Positions 18,800 to 26,743 of a DNA stretch of 64,000 nt are shown here, piece after piece. Both the position numbers and the translations under genes were made by a program. The notes beneath the pieces are model-generated. The model was not told where the DNA came from. It made no database searches and saw only the letters and a program-made list of their open reading frames with translations. Every line of letters starts with the position of its first letter. The first letter of the stretch is position 1. Source of the stretch: an uncultured Candidatus Micrarchaeota archaeon (GTDB lineage Archaea; Micrarchaeota; Micrarchaeia; Anstonellales; Bilamarchaeaceae); assembly GCA_963714085.1 (NCBI GenBank), contig OY970229.1:1312001-1376000 (forward strand), given 5' to 3'.

Positions 18800-19483
18800 A
18801 TGGAATCCAAGGACATACTCTGCGACTCCGGCTCGTTCATATCCCTGACCACCGCGTGCCTGGACCCCATAATCTATTTCCTTTCGGAGAAGTTCAAGGT
18901 CCGGTTCGTGATACCGACCATGGTCCGCAAGGAGACCGTGGACTATCCGCTGGAAAAGGGCCTCAAGCAGTACGCGTTCTCGGCCATCAAGATAAAGGAG
19001 GCATTGAAAGACGGAGTGATAAACGCGGTGGACATGGACGTCTCGTCGCAGACCCAGCGCATACTGCGCATGGCCAACGGGATCTTCTACGTCCAGGGCA
19101 AGCCGCTGCAGCTCATACAGCACGGGGAGGCCGAGATGCTCGCCCTGGCGAAGGCTTTGGACATAAGGGACATACTGATAGACGAGCGCACCACCAGGAT
19201 GCTCATAGAGGCGCCCTTCAGCATGAAGGACCATCTGGCCGAGGAGTTCGGCGTGAACGTCATGCTTGACCGGAAGGCGCTCACGGAGTTCGGCGCCATC
19301 ACCAAGGGCATGACCGCGCTCCGCTCGAGCGAGCTGGTGATGGTCGCGTACGAGGACGGGTACTTCGACCACTTCGACGAGCTCAAGCGCGAGGCGCTGG
19401 AGGCCGCATTGTACAAGGTCCGATTCTCCGGCTGCTCCATCAGGTTCGACGAGATCGAGGAATACGTGAAGATGGTCAGATAG
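18800..19483 (+). CDS. PIN-domain protein
   Basis: ILCDSGSFISL, HGEAEMLALA, ILIDERTTR. Confidence 0.75.
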   Translation: MESKDILCDSGSFISLTTACLDPIIYFLSEKFKVRFVIPTMVRKETVDYPLEKGLKQYAFSAIKIKEALKDGVINAVDMDVSSQTQRILRMANGIFYVQGKPLQLIQHGEAEMLALAKALDIRDILIDERTTRMLIEAPFSMKDHLAEEFGVNVMLDRKALTEFGAITKGMTALRSSELVMVAYEDGYFDHFDELKREALEAALYKVRFSGCSIRFDEIEEYVKMVR

Positions 19484-19491
19484 GTGCGCTG

Positions 19492-20160
19492 ATGGAGACC
19501 AAAGACCGCGCACTGATAGTGATGGACCAGAGGGAGAGCGCGGATTTCGTAAGGCTTCTTTCCGATGCCGGAGTGGACGTGGAGCGCAAGCAGCTCCAGG
19601 TCGGCGATTTCCTCTGCTCCGAACGGCTTGCCGTTGAGCGCAAGACGCGCTCGGATTTCGAGCAGTCCATAATGGACGGCCGGTTGTTCTCCCAGCTCTC
19701 CAATCTCATTTCCAATTTTCCGCGGGTAGCGGTCGTGGTGGAAGGCGAGAGCGCCGAGGGAAGGATCTCGAAGCAGGCGCTGCTCGGCGCGTATGCGGCC
19801 GTGGTCTCGGATTTCGGCGCCAGCATGTTCTTCACCAGGGACACGGAGGGGACCGCAGAACTCCTCTGCGCGCTGGCCAAGCACGAGCAATTGGCCAAGA
19901 AAATCCCGATGCGCGTGTTCGCGAAGAGGAAGACGCTCACCGCGTCCGCGAACCAGCGGGCGATAGCAGAGATGCTTCCCATGGTCGGCCCGAAGCTCGC
20001 AAAGGCGCTGCTCGAGCGCTTCGGGAACGTGGAGAGCCTGTTCACCGCGAGCGAAGAGGAACTGAGGAAAGTGGAAGGCGTGGGCGCCAAGCGTGCGAAG
20101 GCCATAAGGAGCGTAATCGAGAACCCATATTCTAGCGAGGAAGACGCGGACCACCAATGA
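19492..20160 (+). CDS. xpf: ERCC4/XPF nuclease (short form, with HhH)
   Basis: VMDQRE, GDF..VERKT..D, HhH motifs PMVGPK and EGVGAK. Confidence 0.9.
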   Translation: METKDRALIVMDQRESADFVRLLSDAGVDVERKQLQVGDFLCSERLAVERKTRSDFEQSIMDGRLFSQLSNLISNFPRVAVVVEGESAEGRISKQALLGAYAAVVSDFGASMFFTRDTEGTAELLCALAKHEQLAKKIPMRVFAKRKTLTASANQRAIAEMLPMVGPKLAKALLERFGNVESLFTASEEELRKVEGVGAKRAKAIRSVIENPYSSEEDADHQ

Positions 20161-20194
20161 ATTCTTTTATAATTCTTGGGCGAGAAATAGCACC

Positions 20195-21076
20195 ATGCAG
20201 CTCCAGTGCCAAGGCTTCACCCTCGGTCTCGACCATCCGGCGGGCGATTTCTCGTTCCTCTCCCACGCCCACAAGGACCATTCCGCGGGCATGCAAAGGC
20301 AGAAGAGGATAATCGCGAGCCAGGAGACGCTCGCTATCGTGGGGCTGGAGAAGTCCGCCTGCGTCCCTCCAGATGGCGTTAAGCTCAGGATGCCGGACGC
20401 CGGGCACATGCTGGGCTCCAGGCAGCTATTACTGGAGCAGGACGGAAAAGTGACGATCTACACAGGAGACATCTCGCTCAAGGAGAATGTGTTCGGCCAG
20501 AAGGCGGAGATCCCCTCCTGCGACCGGCTCATCATGGAGGCCACCTACGGCAGCGACCCGGTGTACAGGTTCCCCAGCCATGAGAGCGTATACGAGGAGA
20601 TATCCTCCTTCATCCGCTCCAACGACTCGAGCAACGTACTGCTGGGCTGCTACGAGATAGGAAAGGCCCAGGAGATGGTGAGGATACTCAACGAGCGCTG
20701 CGGCATCGCCCCTGTCGTGAACGAGACCACGGAGGAGATCTGCGCGGTCTACGAGAGGTTCGGCCTGAAGCTGGACCGCCTGGAGATAGGAAGAGAGGAG
20801 GCGGAGGAGGTAATGAACCGCAGGTTCGTCGCTGTGGTGCCCATGCGCCACGCGAAGAGATACTTCGCAAGAAAGCTCGCGGACGCGTTCGGGAAGAAGA
20901 CGCTCTGCGCGGCGGTGACCGGCTGGGCGCTGACAATGAGGTTCGACGCGGACGCCGCGTTCCCGCTCAGCGACCACGCGGACTTCCACGAATTGCGCGA
21001 ATACATAAGCCGCTCCGGAGCGAAAGAGATAGAATTCTTCTGCGGAGACGGAAGAAGGCTCCTCGAATTCTTATAA
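20195..21076 (+). CDS. MBL-fold beta-CASP nuclease
   Basis: SHAHKDH, AGHMLGS, YTGD, MEATYG, LSDHAD. Confidence 0.88.
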   Translation: MQLQCQGFTLGLDHPAGDFSFLSHAHKDHSAGMQRQKRIIASQETLAIVGLEKSACVPPDGVKLRMPDAGHMLGSRQLLLEQDGKVTIYTGDISLKENVFGQKAEIPSCDRLIMEATYGSDPVYRFPSHESVYEEISSFIRSNDSSNVLLGCYEIGKAQEMVRILNERCGIAPVVNETTEEICAVYERFGLKLDRLEIGREEAEEVMNRRFVAVVPMRHAKRYFARKLADAFGKKTLCAAVTGWALTMRFDADAAFPLSDHADFHELREYISRSGAKEIEFFCGDGRRLLEFL

Positions 21077-21451
21077 CAAGCTGGCGCTCAGCGAACGCAC
21101 CATCTTCCCGCTCTTCAATGCGGCGAAAAGCTCCCTTATCCTCCCAGCTTCGCCGCAGATTATCAGCACCCGCATGTGGACGCCCTCGTGGTGCTGGTGC
21201 ATCTCGGTCCTTATGACGTCCTCGAACTGCGCAAGCAGGTGGCCGAGCTCGTCCTTCCTGCGGTAGTTGTACGTCACCGTGAGCACAGCGTCGCAATGGC
21301 CCTCGAGCTCCTCCATGACCCGGTACTCGTTGAGCATCGAATCTATGGTGGCGCGCATGAGCTTGGAGCGGCTCCTGAAGCCCAGCTTCTTCTGGATCGA
21401 GTCCAGGTTGGTCACCGTCTCCTTGTCGAGCGATATGCTGATTATCTCCAA
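21071..21451 (-). CDS. NikR-like metal-responsive RHH regulator
   Basis: IISISLD..FRSRSKLMR RHH plus ACT-like domain with MHQHH; TTG start after GGTGA. Confidence 0.85.
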   Translation of the reverse strand: MEIISISLDKETVTNLDSIQKKLGFRSRSKLMRATIDSMLNEYRVMEELEGHCDAVLTVTYNYRRKDELGHLLAQFEDVIRTEMHQHHEGVHMRVLIICGEAGRIRELFAALKSGKMVRSLSASLL

Positions 21452-21466
21452 AACATCACCCAAGAA

Positions 21467-21619
21467 TCAGCGGAGCTTCTCCCGTACCCCGTGCAGTATG
21501 AGGGCGCTGCTGGAGATTATGCACACCGGGCACGGGCAGGCCGCGACGGCGCCTATGCCCCAGAGTACGCCCACCGCGATGCTCTCATTGCCCTTGCTTA
21601 TGATATTCTCTTTCTTCAT
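21467..21619 (-). CDS. 50-aa membrane microprotein with CPCPVC motif (not in ORF track)
   Basis: MKKENIISKGNESIAVGVLWGIGAVAACPCPVCIISSSALILHGVREKLR; GGAG SD; just upstream of the regulator. Confidence 0.7.
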   Translation of the reverse strand: MKKENIISKGNESIAVGVLWGIGAVAACPCPVCIISSSALILHGVREKLR

Positions 21620-21630
21620 GATGCTCCGCC

Positions 21631-21672
21631 TGTTATTAACTTTTCAAGGATATCTCCCTATAGTTAATAATA
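21631..21672. promoter_or_regulatory. Inverted repeat TGTTATTAACT-N20-AGTTAATAATA, operator candidate
   Basis: 10/11 arm match, in the divergent region between regulator and transporter. Confidence 0.6.
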
Positions 21673-21721
21673 TATGTGCAAATATTTATTAATACTGCTT
21701 TTGACCAATATCCCTGGTGAT

Positions 21722-22660
21722 ATGGTGGATAGGAAGTTATTGGCTATATCGATGCTTTGCATATGCATGTTCATGGGATGCACCTCCGCGCCGAGCGCGT
21801 CATCCGCTCCAGCTCCGGGCAGGCTGCAGGTGGTGACTTCCTTCAGGCCGTTCACCCTGCTGGTCGGCCCGGTCGCTGGAGATGACGCAGAGATAACCCA
21901 GATACTTCCGCCCGGAGCAGACCCCCATGATTATGAGCCGACGCCGCGGGACGCGGTGACGCTGCAGAACGCATCGATATTCTTCTTCGACGGCCCGTTC
22001 CTCGAGCCGTGGGCGTCCTCCATAGCCGCCTCGGCCAATCCGGACATAAAACTCGTGTCGTTCGCGGATTCCATACCTGCGCAGGCTTTCGCGCAGATGG
22101 AGAGCCAGTACCCTAACTTCCCGAACGTAAGCCAGGATCCGCACTTATGGCTCTCACCCAAGCTGGCGGAATATTTCGTGCCGTACGTCGCGCAACAGCT
22201 ATCTGCGGCAGACCCGGCTCATGCGGCTGATTACAACTCCAACGCCCAGGCATATGTGATAAGATTGCAGAAGCTGGATGCGGATTACACCGCAGGATTG
22301 GCCAACTGCACGACCCGGACGTTCCTGAGCTCGCACGCGTTCCTCGACTACGTGGCCGCTGACTATAACCTCACGGCCATCTCAATAGCCGGCCTGAGCC
22401 CGGATGCCGAGCCGTCCATAGAGCAGATGGATTCCATAATCAACGAATCCAAGACTGACCATGTGATGGGCGTCCTGGCGGAACCGGACGAGGCGCAGCA
22501 GCTGAGCCAGTCCGTGGCGGGCGAGCTCGGCCTGCCGGTCTACCCGTTCAGCACCATGGAGATCCTGCCCGCCGCGAACCAGAACGCCAGCGCAAACGAT
22601 TATATCTCCATACAGGAAGAGAATCTGCAGGAACTGAGGTCTGCGTTGGGATGCCGGTGA
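21722..22660 (+). CDS. znuA: Zn/Mn ABC transporter substrate-binding lipoprotein
   Basis: MGC lipobox, ADPHDYEP, DPHLWLSP, SHAFLDY. Confidence 0.9.
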   Translation: MVDRKLLAISMLCICMFMGCTSAPSASSAPAPGRLQVVTSFRPFTLLVGPVAGDDAEITQILPPGADPHDYEPTPRDAVTLQNASIFFFDGPFLEPWASSIAASANPDIKLVSFADSIPAQAFAQMESQYPNFPNVSQDPHLWLSPKLAEYFVPYVAQQLSAADPAHAADYNSNAQAYVIRLQKLDADYTAGLANCTTRTFLSSHAFLDYVAADYNLTAISIAGLSPDAEPSIEQMDSIINESKTDHVMGVLAEPDEAQQLSQSVAGELGLPVYPFSTMEILPAANQNASANDYISIQEENLQELRSALGCR

Positions 22661-23409
22661 AAAACGAGGAAGACGTCTGCCTGAGGGCAAAGCACATATG
22701 GTTCTCCTACGGGAGCGACCACATACTGCAGGACGTTTCGGTCACGATAAATGAGGGGGAGTTCGTGGGCATAGCCGGGCCCAACGGGGCGGGCAAGACC
22801 ACGCTCATGAAGATACTCGTGGGCCTTCTCAAACCCCAGAAGGGGACGGTGGAGTTCACATGCCAGCAGGGCGAGTGCAAGGGCGAGAGCCCGTGCAGGC
22901 CGTGTGTCGGCTACGTGCCCCAGGATCCCATGCTGAGGGAGCGGCAGTTCCCGGTGACTGTGCGCGAGGTCGTGGAGATGGGCAGGTTCAGCCAGGCAGG
23001 GATGCTCCGCCCGCTTTCGTCAAGCGACAGGGAAGACGTCCACCAGGCCATAGCCGAGGCGGGCCTTGGCAGGATAGAGGACGAGATGTTCGGGGACCTC
23101 TCAGGCGGGCAGCAGCAGCGCGTGCTCGTCGCCCGCGCCTTGGTGAGCAAGCCGCACCTGCTGGCCTTGGACGAGCCGACGAGCGGAGTGGATGCCAAGG
23201 GCAAGCAGGGGTTCTATGAACTGCTGACGCACCTCCACGAGGCGCACAACATGTCCGTCCTGATAATACTGCACGACCTGCCGGACCTCACGGAGCGGGT
23301 CGAGCGCCTGATATTCCTCCAGCGGAAGGTCCTCTACGACGGCCCGGCGAAGAAGATCGGCGCCGACGGGCTCTGGGAGCTGATGAAAAAAGCAAGCGTC
23401 AATGAATGA
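22651..23409 (+). CDS. znuC: Metal ABC transporter ATPase
   Basis: GPNGAGKTT, GYVPQ, LSGGQQQR, LDEPT. Confidence 0.92.
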   Translation: MPVKNEEDVCLRAKHIWFSYGSDHILQDVSVTINEGEFVGIAGPNGAGKTTLMKILVGLLKPQKGTVEFTCQQGECKGESPCRPCVGYVPQDPMLRERQFPVTVREVVEMGRFSQAGMLRPLSSSDREDVHQAIAEAGLGRIEDEMFGDLSGGQQQRVLVARALVSKPHLLALDEPTSGVDAKGKQGFYELLTHLHEAHNMSVLIILHDLPDLTERVERLIFLQRKVLYDGPAKKIGADGLWELMKKASVNE

Positions 23410-23418
23410 GGTGTTGCC

Positions 23419-24264
23419 CTGTTTGAATTCCTGGTCTATGAGTTCGGCAAGCGTGCGCTGGTCGGCGGCCTGATAGTCGCCATCACCTGCGCCGTGCTCG
23501 GGGTCTTCCTGGTCCTGCGCAGGCTCTCCCTCATAGCCGACGGCCTTGGCCATGTTGCGTTCGGCGGCATAGCGTACGGCTTCTTCTCCGGCATCTACCC
23601 GCTGTTCGGCGCCATCGCAGCGGTGGTGCTCGGCTCCCTCGGCATATACGGATTGAGGAGGATCCGCGTGTTCTCGGACGCGGCCATAGGCATGATGTCC
23701 GCCGGGGGGCTGGCGCTCGGCATCGTCCTGGTGAGTCTCACCCAGTCTGTCCCGGCCGACCTCTACAGCTACCTGTTCGGCACGATCCTGGGGATCGCGA
23801 CAAGCAACGTCTACCTCGCCGCCGGCCTGGGTGCGTTCGTGCTCCTGGTTTTGGCGGCACTGTGGAAGGAGTGGATATCCATAACATTGGACGAGGATTT
23901 CGCGAAGGTCAGCGGCATCCCTGTGGAGGCCCTGGAGGTGCTGTTCGTCCTGCTCACCGGCCTCACGGTGGTCATCGCCACCAAGATCGTCGGGGTGCTC
24001 CTGGTATCCAGCCTGATGATAATCCCGGCCAGCACCGCCATCCAGCTGAGGCTCCCCTTCACAAGGACGGTGCTCGCATCCTGCATCATAGCGGTGTTGT
24101 CCGTGCTGGCAGGGTTGCAGATATCCTTCTCCTATAATATCTCCCCCGGAGGGGCTATAGTCCTGGTGTCCATCGCGCTCTTCCTCCTGGCCGCGTCCTT
24201 GACCAGGCTCATTTCCAGGATAAGGCCAGCCCTGACGATCGGCCAGTGGAGCCACACGGACTGA
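23419..24264 (+). CDS. znuB: Metal ABC transporter permease (probable CTG start)
   Basis: LFEFLVYEFGKRAL..GVFLVLRRLSLIADGLGHVAFGG, YLFGTIL, VGVLLVSSLMIIPA. Confidence 0.9.
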   Translation: MFEFLVYEFGKRALVGGLIVAITCAVLGVFLVLRRLSLIADGLGHVAFGGIAYGFFSGIYPLFGAIAAVVLGSLGIYGLRRIRVFSDAAIGMMSAGGLALGIVLVSLTQSVPADLYSYLFGTILGIATSNVYLAAGLGAFVLLVLAALWKEWISITLDEDFAKVSGIPVEALEVLFVLLTGLTVVIATKIVGVLLVSSLMIIPASTAIQLRLPFTRTVLASCIIAVLSVLAGLQISFSYNISPGGAIVLVSIALFLLAASLTRLISRIRPALTIGQWSHTD

Positions 24265-24318
24265 GTGCCTGGTGATACGTTTAAAAAATGGTGAAACAGA
24301 AATAATTCACTCCTACTT

Positions 24319-24423
24319 GGCCACGGTAGTGTAACGGTAGCATAGGAGCCTGTGGTGTCGTCTTGGCTGAGGCCAGGGCGTCATGGCAAGCTCTTGAACC
24401 GAGTTCGAGTCTCGGCCGTGGCC
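24319..24423 (+). tRNA. tRNA-His(GUG) with 33-nt intron (24356-24388) and encoded G-1
   Basis: Cloverleaf GCCACGG/CCGTGGC, C discriminator, BHB-type intron at 37/38. Confidence 0.93.
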
Positions 24424-24553
24424 CTATCCTACTTTGCTAGAAGCCAGGATCCTGCGAATCCTCGTGCAGGGCCATCCCGATGGGCCAGGCGATCCAGTCC
24501 GGGCGCTTCGGCCGCCTGGATGGCAAAGAGAGGATGCGATCCATCCACCTGAA

Positions 24554-26611
24554 TCACCTCACCCCCAGGATGGACTTGAAGAAGTCGATTATCTGGCTGA
24601 ATATGTCCTTCTGAGCCGGAGGAGGCGCCGCAGCGTTTGTCGAAGCTGTCGCATTCGCCGCCGGCGCGCCAGATGTGGCATATGCGGAGCTGTTGAGCGC
24701 AGGCTGGGTCGAGTTCTGAGGGGGCGCCGGCCTCGTATTCCCCTGGCTCGTGTTCTGCTCCGGCATCTGCCTCGGAACCAGCGGTCTTGAGAAGTTCTGC
24801 GAGCTGCCATTCTGGGGCTGCAGCGTGATGTTTATCTGGATGGGCGGCATGATCCTCAAGGTGCCTGATAGGTTCAATGTGGAATTGATCGAAGGCACCG
24901 GGAGGCTGGATATGTTCCTGGTCGTGAATCCCCATTGATAATCCACACCGAGGGTCTCCCCGCTCTTGTCTCCTATCCGCGAGGAGAGGTGCGCTACATA
25001 ATCGCTGTCGGGGTCGAGCGTCGAATTGAGCTCGAGCACTGCCAGTTTCGCCGATGCGCTGACCGATGCAGGTATGACCGTGCCGTTCTGGTCGGTCAGC
25101 CAGAACGTGCTGCCGTTGACTGTGCTTTTATCCAGAGGCTCTGAGAACGTGGCATAGATCACGAAATATTCGTCCTTGTAGTTGCTCGCGAAGGAGTCGT
25201 TCGCCGGATGGAACGAGGTAGGCACGAATGGGAAGGACATGTTCAGGATGGATGGAGGTACCCCTATGGATTGCTGGAGCCAGCTGTAGTCCGGAGGAGG
25301 GTTGAAGGCTATCATGGACGGAGAGACCGCTATGTCGTTGACCGTGTCATTGGCGCTAATGGTCTTGAGCTGGCTCATGCTGCTCAGGTCGTAGATGATT
25401 ATGCCGTCCCCGATATCATTCCCCATCCAATCGCTATAGACCGTCGATATGAATGCGTATCTTCCGTCCCCGCTTATCGCTAGATTGGAGGGGTAGTCCT
25501 TATCGGGAGCGGTTACGGTGCCTGAAGAATCCGACGAGTAGAACTTGCTCGGCGTTGTTACCGCATAATCCATGAGCGAGCTGTGGTACGGACCCACCAG
25601 CTGCAGCCCGCTGTATTTGTGGATGGAATACTGCTTGTTGTTGTTCGAGTCGTATGTGTAGCCTATGGCGTAGAGCGTCAGCCCGTCCGATGAGGCGGCC
25701 AAAGCGAGCGGATAGTAATCCGTCGGTATCACCTGCTTGCCCTCATCGATGTCGTCCATCGCGAATATCCCCTTGCGCAGGTTTATCGCGGAATAGACCA
25801 TGTATCCGTACCTTCCGACCGCTACGCTCCTCGGGTACTGGTCATCATTGTTCGTGCTGCCTGGAATCGCGTAGTACGCCCCCTGGTTCTCGCTCCAATC
25901 GAACGAATAGAGCGCGCCCGGATTGTACCATCCGCCGTAGAAAATCATGTTCCCGGTCGGATAGTAGGCGAACTCCTCCATCATCATGGCCTGGCTGGAG
26001 GTTATCTGCCACATCTTGCCCTGCTGGAAATCCATTATCTTCACTCCGCCGTAGGATTCGGGGCTGAAGTCCTGGTACCCGAGGTAGATTTTGCCATCAG
26101 GTGAGACAGAAAGGTGCTCCGGATAGATGTTGTCTATCTCGAAATAATCGACCGGTTGATCGGTGGTGGTGTTAATCCGCACCACCCTGCTGTATCTGTT
26201 GTAATAATCCCCGGTAGGGTCGCTCACATGCTCTTCCCACGAATAAACCATGTAGAGATACGATCCGTCCGGAGAGACTGCGACGGCCTCGACTACCGAG
26301 TTATCCGCATCCGGCTTTATGCTCGAGACGATGTTCATGGTGGAGGTGTCTATCACAAGGACCGATTTCTGGGTCGCGGCATAAGCCATGGGCCCCTGCT
26401 CCAAGACGAACTGCGGTATCGTGGTATTGCTTATCAGGCTGATGTTGGCCATGAGCTGGAAGCTGCCGCCCGATGCGTTGGCCGCGGTCATCTGCGTGCT
26501 TATCACCGGGTTATTAAGGCCAGAGCCCGGAGCCATGGCGGCCAGAGAGGAACCGGCCATCAGCAAAAGAGCGAATACCACACAAACGGCAGAATCCCTT
26601 AGAATGACCAT
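24554..26611 (-). CDS. Secreted YncE-like beta-propeller plus Ig-like (Big_5) surface protein
   Basis: Signal peptide, AVSPDG-type repeats, TFSEPLDKSTVN, Pro/Ala/Asn linker, amphipathic C-terminus. Confidence 0.75.
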   Translation of the reverse strand: MVILRDSAVCVVFALLLMAGSSLAAMAPGSGLNNPVISTQMTAANASGGSFQLMANISLISNTTIPQFVLEQGPMAYAATQKSVLVIDTSTMNIVSSIKPDADNSVVEAVAVSPDGSYLYMVYSWEEHVSDPTGDYYNRYSRVVRINTTTDQPVDYFEIDNIYPEHLSVSPDGKIYLGYQDFSPESYGGVKIMDFQQGKMWQITSSQAMMMEEFAYYPTGNMIFYGGWYNPGALYSFDWSENQGAYYAIPGSTNNDDQYPRSVAVGRYGYMVYSAINLRKGIFAMDDIDEGKQVIPTDYYPLALAASSDGLTLYAIGYTYDSNNNKQYSIHKYSGLQLVGPYHSSLMDYAVTTPSKFYSSDSSGTVTAPDKDYPSNLAISGDGRYAFISTVYSDWMGNDIGDGIIIYDLSSMSQLKTISANDTVNDIAVSPSMIAFNPPPDYSWLQQSIGVPPSILNMSFPFVPTSFHPANDSFASNYKDEYFVIYATFSEPLDKSTVNGSTFWLTDQNGTVIPASVSASAKLAVLELNSTLDPDSDYVAHLSSRIGDKSGETLGVDYQWGFTTRNISSLPVPSINSTLNLSGTLRIMPPIQINITLQPQNGSSQNFSRPLVPRQMPEQNTSQGNTRPAPPQNSTQPALNSSAYATSGAPAANATASTNAAAPPPAQKDIFSQIIDFFKSILGVR

Positions 26612-26743
26612 CCAATCGACCAATCCAATTACTTGTCGAAGGATTAATAATATTGCATAAAACCGATTTTCCAGCCGCCATGGTGCCGGAAGAGAGGCGG
26701 TCCTCACTCTAGCTCCCGGTCTATTTAAATAAAAAAAGAAGGT

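Noticed and set aside
24490..24549. HDV-like (theta) ribozyme on the minus strand next to tRNA-His
   Set aside because: P1/P2/P3-like pairings exist, but the G-Y cleavage-site pair and the A-rich J4/2 are missing, and the orientation is opposite to the tRNA.
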